Counted from the stretch's first letter, positions 6,223 to 12,863 are shown. The stretch is DNA of 17,054 nucleotides from Deltaproteobacteria bacterium (GCA_015489315.1 WFZZ01000072.1:1-17054), one strand, 5' to 3'. Notes: generated by a model from the sequence alone, not told the origin. Translations and numbers: made by a program.

Positions 6223-7506
6223 CTATTCCTTCCACCTCATTGGAAAAATCAGTCTTACCGTTGTCCCAAGCCCCTTTTGGCTTTCTATATCTATCTTCCC
6301 TTGGTGCTCAAGCATTATATGATGAACCATAATAAGGCCGACCCCTGTACCAGATGGCTTGGTGGTTACAAGTTCCTTGAAAAGACGCCTTTTAATCTTT
6401 TCATCAATTCCAATGCCGTAATCTTTTATCTCAATTGTAGGTCTTCCATTTATCCTGGCGATATTGATCTCTATAGGAGATCCTTCTATAGAGGCATCCA
6501 GGGCATTTTTTAACACATGAAGAAGTGCAACCTTCAGGGTCTTTGGATTTCCGTGAATCTTCAAAGGGCCATCATAATACTTGACCCTTAACCTTATGTT
6601 CTTTTTCTCAAAACCTGGCATCCAAGCCTCCAAGACCTCCTTAACCAGATCATTTAGGTCTAGCTCGACAAAAAACACCTCCTGTTCCTTTACCAGTCCC
6701 TCAAAATCTTTAACTATCTGTTCAAGCTTTTGTGCCTCTTGAAAGATTGCCTGGACCTTGGCCAGAAAAGGCGAATCTTTTGGCATCTTCTTTAAAAGAC
6801 GCCTTGAAAGCCCTCCTATTACAGTTGCCGGGTTTCTTATTTTATCTGCAATCCTTAAGGCAAATTCCACAACAGTCCGCTCATGAACCAGGGATTCCAT
6901 GTCCTTACTTAGTTCCAAAAGTTCTGCATTTACCTTATCAAGCTCTTTATTCTTTATGGTAAGGGTCTTTAAAAGCCTCAGGACCTCTTCGTGCTTTGCC
7001 CGAAGATTTTCCAAATAGGACTCTTCTATATCCTTAAAAAGTCTCTTTTTAATGACATCGTTTTTCTCTTCCAGGTCTTCGCAGGACTGGGTTGCACCAA
7101 AAAAAATAATTCTTATTCGATTTATTTCTCCCTTTTCCCCTTCCTCAAATTCCAAATTGTCAGTGACCTTTTTTGAAGAAGAGATAAAGACCTTGTCACT
7201 AGCTTCATTTTTAATAAATAAAAATGGGGCTTTCTCAGAAGAAAACTCTAACATGATCCCTGATTCAAATTGAGTAAGCCCAGGTATCCTCCTACAGATA
7301 ATAAAGAATGTGGCAAGTCCTCCTTGTGAACGCCTTAAAATTCTCCTTGAAATCTCAGACGAAATAAGGCCAATCTGAGATGACTTTATCTTGGAGAAGC
7401 CAAGGATATCTGAAAGGGCCTTTGCCTTTGTCCTTACCAGGGGTATATCGTTCTCTTTTTTAATGACAAGGCTTAAAACATGTATATTATGATCTATTTT
7501 TTCCAT
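6223..7506 (-). CDS. Histidine-kinase-like ATPase with degenerate RsbT-like N-domain, coiled coil, His-less DHp (H->D) and intact HATPase_c
   Basis: The C-terminus has an N-box (HVLKNALDA), G1 (KDYGIGI), F-box (LFKELVTTK) and G2 (GTGVGL). The H-box position reads FALRIADKIRNPATVIGG, versus the typical aHEIRNPLtaI. N-terminal residues 10-60 (VIKKENDIPLVRTKAKALSDILGF...ISSEISRRIL) resemble the first half of RsbT but lack the Asn and the G-boxes. Confidence 0.8.
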   Translation of the reverse strand: MEKIDHNIHVLSLVIKKENDIPLVRTKAKALSDILGFSKIKSSQIGLISSEISRRILRRSQGGLATFFIICRRIPGLTQFESGIMLEFSSEKAPFLFIKNEASDKVFISSSKKVTDNLEFEEGEKGEINRIRIIFFGATQSCEDLEEKNDVIKKRLFKDIEESYLENLRAKHEEVLRLLKTLTIKNKELDKVNAELLELSKDMESLVHERTVVEFALRIADKIRNPATVIGGLSRRLLKKMPKDSPFLAKVQAIFQEAQKLEQIVKDFEGLVKEQEVFFVELDLNDLVKEVLEAWMPGFEKKNIRLRVKYYDGPLKIHGNPKTLKVALLHVLKNALDASIEGSPIEINIARINGRPTIEIKDYGIGIDEKIKRRLFKELVTTKPSGTGVGLIMVHHIMLEHQGKIDIESQKGLGTTVRLIFPMRWKE

Positions 7507-8588
7507 TGCCAGATAAGTAAGCTTGCATCATCCGAAAACAATTGCTCTTCAGGAACTTCAAATAACATGTTAACAAGAAGAAGTGGTGAAAAATCCATCA
7601 GTTCTTTTGTAAAAATACCTGTCTCTATCCTGGGAATAATCTTTAACCCATCAGAAAAAATTATCCCCATCATATCTTTATGGGCTGAAAATCTTTTTTT
7701 AAAAATACCGTTTTTGACATTTATCTTTCCGATTACGCCTGGATTCCCAACTACAAATTCACCCTTTCCGTTCCAGCTGACAAACTGGGACACGTCACCG
7801 ATTGCATAGATATCAACTAAATTCCTTTCAAAATCAAAATGCACTAGCTGTGCCATCAATCCCCGTGTTCCAAGAAGGGCATTTCCAAGTTCAAATAGAC
7901 AGTCATTTGGGGCAACACTTGGTGAAATCCTTTCAAGAAGACCTTTGGCTTTACATAGAATTTTAGCAGCTTCTTCTCCCTTACCCAAAACATCCATTAG
8001 CATCAATCTCATATATGGATATTCATATACAATTGAAATACCATCACCACTGTATCTTCCAAGTTTATTGGGACATATCAGATAGGAAAATTTTACATGA
8101 GGGGAAATAAAGTCTTCATCTGGAGACCAGAAACAGGCACAAACCACTGTCTTATAAACTGCTTTCTTTTCTAAATTAAAGATATCAGGGCAGGGAACAT
8201 TGCCAAAATGCCCAGAACAAATAGAAAAATCATTACTGAGCCTTTTTACGCAATTAAGACCACTTCTTAGACCTTTCCTCGGAAAATAATTTAAGTCTTT
8301 ACCGTTTAAATCAAAGATACCCGGACCTTCGTCAAGGCTGGAGATACTCATGAAACACCTTTTTTCGTCTATCCTTTGTGAAAATAGCCTTATTATCCCT
8401 CCAGAAGTCTTATGATCAAGATGGTTTTGAGATAGCTCAGAAGTGCAAAGGACAATATCTTCGACCCTATCCTTGTTAAATCCTGCCAAAAGGGCAATTT
8501 CCCTTGAAACTCTCCTTGCAATTAGGACGTGGGACTCTTCATTTATCTCTATCTCTCTAAAATGAGGCTGTATCTTTTCTAAATCCAT
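7494..8588 (-). CDS. RsbT-like GHKL (anti-sigma-type Ser kinase) domain fused to a PP2C/SpoIIE-family phosphatase (RsbX-like)
   Basis: The N-terminal domain reads IEINEESHVLIARRVSREIALLAGF...CTSELSQNHLDH...GGIIRL...SSLDEGPGI...GLRSGLNCVKRLSNDFSI and parallels RsbT. The C-terminal domain has SGDGISI, LMDVLGKGEEAA, GNPGVIGK, IIFSDGL and SDDASLLIW, matching the PP2C/RsbX metal-binding Asp motifs. It overlaps the rsbT stop by 10 nt. Confidence 0.8.
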   Translation of the reverse strand: MDLEKIQPHFREIEINEESHVLIARRVSREIALLAGFNKDRVEDIVLCTSELSQNHLDHKTSGGIIRLFSQRIDEKRCFMSISSLDEGPGIFDLNGKDLNYFPRKGLRSGLNCVKRLSNDFSICSGHFGNVPCPDIFNLEKKAVYKTVVCACFWSPDEDFISPHVKFSYLICPNKLGRYSGDGISIVYEYPYMRLMLMDVLGKGEEAAKILCKAKGLLERISPSVAPNDCLFELGNALLGTRGLMAQLVHFDFERNLVDIYAIGDVSQFVSWNGKGEFVVGNPGVIGKINVKNGIFKKRFSAHKDMMGIIFSDGLKIIPRIETGIFTKELMDFSPLLLVNMLFEVPEEQLFSDDASLLIWQWKK

Positions 8589-8995
8589 TTAATGGCCTCT
8601 ATGTAAGTGCCACCTGTGATATTACTTGCTATCCGCACCTGATCTGCCAGTTTAAAGATGAGATTTAATCCCATGCCAAGTCCACCATCTTCTGAAGAGC
8701 CTGGAAGTAGTGCCTCGTCAAGATCTGAAATGCCCTTTCCCACATCTTCGCCAATTATCTTGACAACAGTCTTTCCTTCTTTGTTTAAAGCCTCTATTGT
8801 CACCCTGCCCCTTTTGCCATGTCTTAGGATATTTTTAGATATTTCATCAAGGATGGTAAGTAGCATGACCTCTTTACTATCCTTTATTTGACCTAAAAGA
8901 TTTAAGATCTTTCTTAGTTCTTTTCTGACAACTGGAATATCTAACTTGGAACGTATCAAAATTTCCTTTTTGACCGCTGGACACCTGGAATCCAT
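8579..8995 (-). CDS. rsbT: Stressosome switch Ser/Thr kinase RsbT
   Basis: MDSRCPAVKKEILIRSKLDIPVVRKELRKIL...ILDEISKNILRHGKRGRVTIEA...IIGEDVGKGISD...GGLGMGLNLIFKLADQVRIAS...GTYIEAIKW aligns end to end with B. subtilis RsbT (about 133 aa). The start was set at the ATG at 8995. The track start at 9106 would overlap rsbS by 92 nt, and that extension has no RsbT counterpart. Confidence 0.88.
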   Translation of the reverse strand: MDSRCPAVKKEILIRSKLDIPVVRKELRKILNLLGQIKDSKEVMLLTILDEISKNILRHGKRGRVTIEALNKEGKTVVKIIGEDVGKGISDLDEALLPGSSEDGGLGMGLNLIFKLADQVRIASNITGGTYIEAIKWI

Positions 8996-9014
8996 GGCCT
9001 TTTTAAAGGCCTTT

Positions 9015-9383
9015 TTATGCGCCTTTAACAATTTTATATCCAAGCCTTTGTAAGGCCTGCTCGGTATCCAGGGCAAAAAGAAGACCCTTTCCAAAAGACA
9101 TCTCAAAACTTTTTAGGGCAGCAATGGCATGGGCCCTCAGCCCAGTAATTACAATCCTTACCTTAAATAGCCTCATGGTATTGGCAAGTCTTTGGATATT
9201 TTCTGCCAAAAAGGTATCTATGACATCAACATCACCAAGATCAACTATAACTGCTTTGCTTTTTCTTTTTTTTACCTGAGAAGACAAGGCCCTTAATAGG
9301 CTCAAGATGCCCTCATCGTCTATCTCCTCCTGGATTGTAACCAGACAAATTTTTCCTAGATGAAAAATAGAATAGGGACGCAT
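9015..9383 (-). CDS. rsbS: Stressosome scaffold STAS protein RsbS
   Basis: A 122-aa single STAS domain (ICLVTIQEEIDDEGILSLL...AVIVDLGDVDVIDTFLAENIQRLANTMRLFKVRIVITGLR). The phospho-acceptor position (B. subtilis Ser59 in VVDSF) is Thr here (VIDTF). Confidence 0.85.
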   Translation of the reverse strand: MRPYSIFHLGKICLVTIQEEIDDEGILSLLRALSSQVKKRKSKAVIVDLGDVDVIDTFLAENIQRLANTMRLFKVRIVITGLRAHAIAALKSFEMSFGKGLLFALDTEQALQRLGYKIVKGA

Positions 9384-9394
9384 TATAAAGATAC

Positions 9395-10267
9395 TTATTG
9401 TTCTTCCATAAACACCGTGCTTTCCCTGTGCCTTTTTTGAAGCTTCATTAGCTTTTGGATCGCATAATGAAGGCCATCTGCCATTCGGCTTCGAACATTT
9501 ATTGTCCCAAGGTCAACTCCAAGATGTGCCATTGTAAGGGCAATTCTTGATGAAATCCCTGTAAGTATCGCCTCACTTCCCATAAGCCTTACTGCATCTA
9601 CTGTTTGAAGAAGATGATTGGCTACAGCAGTATCCACGTTTGGAACACCTGTTATATCAATTATCACAAAGGGGGCCCTTGTATGTTCAATAGTTACCAA
9701 GAGCCTCTCCATGGCCGACTGGGCCCTGTGGCTATCAAGGGTTCCAACCAAAGGTAGCGCCAAAACCCCGTCCCATACTTCTATCACTGGTGTGGAAAGC
9801 TCAAGTATCTCTTCCTGAAGATGCCTTATGTCTTCGTCACGCTTTTTCAAAAGCTCCTCTTGCTGTTTGACAATAAGGCGCTCCTTTTCAAGCCTGTCTG
9901 AAATGTCAATAAAATGCTCAACACAGCCAATAACTTCCCCTTTTAGGTTTTTTAGAGGCCTGCTGGCAAACTCAATGGGAATTTCCTTGTCTCCTACCTT
10001 TAAGGTGGTCTGGCCTTGATTGACACTGTTTTGGCTAGTGGCAACCTTGCATGTGCAATTTTCTGTCTGACACATGGGGGTGTTAAATATCTCATAACAC
10101 TTTCTGTCAAAACAATCTCCTGGGGTCCTTCCAACCATTTCTGCCCCCGCCTTATTGATAATCAGAATATTATGCTCAAGGTCTGTGACAAAGATACCGG
10201 AAGGAACCGCATTGATTATTTCAAATAAAAAACCTTCGTCTCCTTGATAATCCTTGAGATTGTTCAT
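9395..10267 (-). CDS. rsbR: RsbR-like stressosome sensor: N-terminal Cys-rich PAS domain, coiled-coil linker, C-terminal STAS
   Basis: The C-terminus reads STPVIEVWDGVLALPLVGTLDSHRAQ...VIIDITGVPNVDTAVANHLLQTVDAVRLMGSEAILTGISSRIA. This closely matches the RsbRA STAS domain (IDITGVPVVDTMVAHH), with both phospho-Thr positions conserved. The N-terminus is a PAS fold (FEIINAVPSGIFVTDLEHNILIINKAGAEMVG...IGCVEHFIDISD). The second ATG (10267) is preferred because AAGGAG directly abuts the first ATG at 10273. Confidence 0.88.
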   Translation of the reverse strand: MNNLKDYQGDEGFLFEIINAVPSGIFVTDLEHNILIINKAGAEMVGRTPGDCFDRKCYEIFNTPMCQTENCTCKVATSQNSVNQGQTTLKVGDKEIPIEFASRPLKNLKGEVIGCVEHFIDISDRLEKERLIVKQQEELLKKRDEDIRHLQEEILELSTPVIEVWDGVLALPLVGTLDSHRAQSAMERLLVTIEHTRAPFVIIDITGVPNVDTAVANHLLQTVDAVRLMGSEAILTGISSRIALTMAHLGVDLGTINVRSRMADGLHYAIQKLMKLQKRHRESTVFMEEQ

Positions 10268-10273
10268 GGCCAT

Positions 10274-10443
10274 CTCCTTTTTGGTCAGATGATTAAAAAT
10301 TTTATCAGAATTCCAAAATTATGTCTAATAACTTGGTAAAAATTTAAAGTTTTCTATATTTCTATCGATTTTTTTAATAACTCCAATTTTATGTCGATAA
10401 AAACATTAGAAATTTTGAATAGCAAAAAGGAGGAAGTGAAAAA
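10274..10443. promoter_or_regulatory. Divergent AT-rich control region between the stressosome operon and the pilin gene
   Basis: This is 170 bp of non-coding DNA between two divergent start codons. The plus-strand candidate promoter is TTGGTA (10333-10338), 16 nt, TATATT (10355-10360). Pilin SD AAGGAGG lies at 10427-10433. It also contains the tandem TTTCTAT repeat (10351-10366) and the TATCGAT / TATGTCGATA motifs. Confidence 0.4.
10390..10399 (+). promoter_or_regulatory. Copy 1 of shared 10-mer TATGTCGATA upstream of the pilin gene
   Basis: An exact 10-mer, also present at 15179-15188. It lies 45 nt upstream of the pilin ATG. A related TATGTCTAATA occurs at 10320-10330 and an inverted partial TATCGAT at 10363-10369. 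Confidence 0.3.
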
Positions 10444-11124
10444 ATGCTATTTGACTTTTATTTCGCAAAGGAAGAAGAACAGACGTCAACTAAAAAGGCC
10501 GGTTTTACATTGATTGAAATGGCAATAGTGCTTGTCATAATTGGATTAATTATTGGGGCCGTTATGAAGGGCAGGGACTTAATAAAATCTGCCCAAATAA
10601 AAAATGCATATGAGACCTTTTTTGCAGCCCATTACAAACTCATAGGTTCATACTATGACAGGACTGGGAGGATCTTAGGAGACGGAGCTATAAATGGCGG
10701 AAGTGGAAGGCCAAATGGTACAATGGATAATGTTTATCTTGGTAGTGCAGGAAACAGAAGAAGAATAGTAAGGGCACTTAGAAATGCAGGAATTGATATG
10801 TGTTCTCTAATTAAAAGTAATATCACTTCCAATGAATGTGGAAGAAATGGTGTCAACATTGGTCAGATATCACTTACTGGTGAATATCAGAAAACAACGG
10901 CCTGGGTGGGCTATTACTATGGAACCTTTAATGGCAGGACAAAAAACTATCTAAGGATTCAAAATATTCCAACAGATTTTGCAATTGCCCTTGATAAGAT
11001 GATAGATGGAGTGGCAAATTGCCAGTCAGGCTCATTTGTCGCCATAAGTGCGTGTAATAACGGACAATGGCCTGACCCAAGCTCTACTAGAATTTCTCAT
11101 GCCGCATGGCTATCTGAATTCTAA
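10444..11124 (+). CDS. Type IV pilin / pseudopilin with prepilin-type N-terminal cleavage-methylation domain (likely major pilin)
   Basis: KKAG|FTLIEMAIVLVIIGLIIGAV is the canonical class III signal (G-1, F+1, E+5). It is the first gene of the locus, has a strong SD and is followed by a terminator hairpin. There are two Cys pairs in the C-terminal half (CSLIKSNITSNEC, CQSGSFVAISAC). Confidence 0.88.
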   Translation: MLFDFYFAKEEEQTSTKKAGFTLIEMAIVLVIIGLIIGAVMKGRDLIKSAQIKNAYETFFAAHYKLIGSYYDRTGRILGDGAINGGSGRPNGTMDNVYLGSAGNRRRIVRALRNAGIDMCSLIKSNITSNECGRNGVNIGQISLTGEYQKTTAWVGYYYGTFNGRTKNYLRIQNIPTDFAIALDKMIDGVANCQSGSFVAISACNNGQWPDPSSTRISHAAWLSEF

Positions 11125-11156
11125 TTTTCATATCATCCTCCTCCTTCACCTGTTAA

Positions 11157-11194
11157 AAGGCCCACAGTCTCCCCCAACTGTGGGCCTTACTTTA
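11157..11194 (+). terminator. Rho-independent terminator/attenuator after the pilin gene
   Basis: A perfect 12-bp stem AAGGCCCACAGT (11157-11168) / ACTGTGGGCCTT (11177-11188) with an 8-nt loop CTCCCCCA, followed by ACTTTAAAAA. It lies 33 nt after the pilin stop. The T-tract is short, so partial read-through into the ATPase gene is plausible. Confidence 0.7.
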
Positions 11195-11216
11195 AAAATA
11201 CAGAATAGGCAGAATT

Positions 11217-12863
11217 ATGGTTAAAAACAGAAAACCATTAGGAGAACTTTTAAAAGAAAATGGGCTCATAAATGAGCAACAGCTTCAATTTGCATTAATT
11301 GAACAAAAGGCCTCTGGCGAAAAATTGGGGGAATGCCTTAAAAGGCTAGGCATAATAACGGATTCAGAGCTTGCCTTTGCCCTTTCCAAACAAACCGATA
11401 AACCCTTCATAGACCTTAAATCATTTACCCCAGACGAAACAGTACTGAAGATTCTACCGGCGCATCTGGCTAGGACCCATAATATTTTGCCACTTAAGAT
11501 TGAAGGTCACACCATAGAAATTGCAATTGATGATCCTTACAATCTGGAATTACAACAAATAGTCATAAGGGCTACGGGCTTAAGACCGATTTTCTTCATC
11601 GCCTCTGGCTCTGAAATAAGAAAACTTGTTGAAAGGTACTATTATCTAATTGAACATCCCGTTGACCAAGAAATTGCCAGTATAATTGACCTAGTAAGAG
11701 AACGTCCCAATGCCGATGTAGATGTCCTTAGACTTTCCAATCTTATTCTCACCTCTGCTGTCATAAGTAGAGCGACAGATATTCACATCTCTCCAAGTGA
11801 TAAGTCCAGTAGAGTCTTTTTTAGGATTGATGGCGTATTAGAGCCTCGACACATCTTTCCCATCTCTTTACATACAAAGCTCATAACCCATTTAAAGGTT
11901 GAGGCGAGAATGGATATCTCAGAGCAAAGGCGACCTCAGGACGGCAGGATAAGTTTTGAGTTTCTTGGAGATAGCTTTGATATAAGGGTATCCACTGTAA
12001 AAACAAATTTTGGCGAAAACATGGTCTTAAGGCTTTTGCCTTCAAGAGGAGAGTCTTTACTTGGTTTAGAGCAACTGGGGTTTGATGAAGATCAACTTCA
12101 TCTAGTCAACAGACTTTTTTCAAAACCCTACGGCATAGTACTTGTAACCGGCCCAACGGGAAGCGGTAAGACCACTACCCTTTACGCAGCACTTAGAAGG
12201 CAAAATGCCATTGAAAAGAACATAGTCACCGTTGAAGATCCAATTGAATACCAATTTTTAATGATTCGACAGACTCAGGTAAATGAGAGGGCGGGTTATA
12301 CCTTTGCATCAGCTATAAGGACCTTTTTAAGACAAGATCCAGATGTAATATTAGTTGGAGAAATTAGAGACAAAGAAACTGCAACTTTAGCAGTAAGGGC
12401 TGCAATTACAGGCCATTTAGTGCTTTCCACCTTGCATACCAATAGTGCTATTGGGGCCATTGCAAGACTAAAGGACCTTGGAATCTCTCCATTTCTACTT
12501 TCAACAGCCATATCAGGCATTCTCGCCCAGAGACTTGTAAGAAAACTTTGCCCACATTGCAAAATTGCTTCAAAGCCTACTGAAGATGAGGCAAATCGAT
12601 TCAATATTCCAAGGGACTCTGTAATCTATAGACCTGGCAAATGTCCCTATTGTAGAAATACAGGTTATATGGGAAGAACAGTTGTAGCTGAAATACTTTC
12701 CTTTTCAGAAGAGATGCTAAACATGGTTTCAAGGAATGAACCAATTAGCGAAATAAAGGCTCAGGCTGTAAAAGAAGGATTTACCAGTCTTAAAGAACAG
12801 GCCATAAAGAAGCTCCTTAACGGAGAGACAAGTCCAGATGAAATAAGTAGAGTGGTTGGATAA
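11217..12863 (+). CDS. GspE/PilB/MshE-family type II secretion / type IV pilus assembly ATPase
   Basis: Walker A VTGPTGSGKTTTLYA, Asp box, Walker B ILVGEIRD, His box LSTLHTN, and a tetracysteine Zn motif CPHC...CPYC. The N-terminal T2SSE_N/MshEN-like domain reads PLGELLKENGLINEQQLQFALIEQ-KASGE-KLGECLKRLGIITDSELAFALSKQ. Confidence 0.93.
   Translation: MVKNRKPLGELLKENGLINEQQLQFALIEQKASGEKLGECLKRLGIITDSELAFALSKQTDKPFIDLKSFTPDETVLKILPAHLARTHNILPLKIEGHTIEIAIDDPYNLELQQIVIRATGLRPIFFIASGSEIRKLVERYYYLIEHPVDQEIASIIDLVRERPNADVDVLRLSNLILTSAVISRATDIHISPSDKSSRVFFRIDGVLEPRHIFPISLHTKLITHLKVEARMDISEQRRPQDGRISFEFLGDSFDIRVSTVKTNFGENMVLRLLPSRGESLLGLEQLGFDEDQLHLVNRLFSKPYGIVLVTGPTGSGKTTTLYAALRRQNAIEKNIVTVEDPIEYQFLMIRQTQVNERAGYTFASAIRTFLRQDPDVILVGEIRDKETATLAVRAAITGHLVLSTLHTNSAIGAIARLKDLGISPFLLSTAISGILAQRLVRKLCPHCKIASKPTEDEANRFNIPRDSVIYRPGKCPYCRNTGYMGRTVVAEILSFSEEMLNMVSRNEPISEIKAQAVKEGFTSLKEQAIKKLLNGETSPDEISRVVG

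Noticed and set aside
8996-9106. Long N-terminal extensions in the ORF track: RsbT to 9106, Nfu to 3131, rubredoxin to 3987, rlmH from 2294, thiE to 3717, RsbR to 10273.
   Set aside because: The extensions overlap neighbouring genes by 60-90 nt, start at non-ATG codons, or leave no SD spacing. Internal ATGs give family-typical lengths and N-termini and, in most cases, better SD sequences.
10331-10350. Possible sigma-54 (-24/-12) promoter upstream of the pilin gene (TTGGTAAAAATTTAAAG), and similar TGG-containing strings at 15196-15225 (TGGTAGAAGCTTAC, TGGCGTAAGTTCCC).
   Set aside because: A GG is present, but no GC dinucleotide occurs at the required 10-nt downstream spacing (TGGCAC-N5-TTGC). 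This does not fit the sigma-54 consensus.
11125-11150. A minus-strand SD-like AAGGAGGAGG followed by short ORFs (about 14 codons) in the pilin-ATPase spacer, and the CCTCCTCC tract on the plus strand as a possible anti-SD element.
   Set aside because: The ORFs are tiny, have no supporting signal, and run antisense into the pilin 3' end. No complementary partner for an anti-SD pairing was found nearby.
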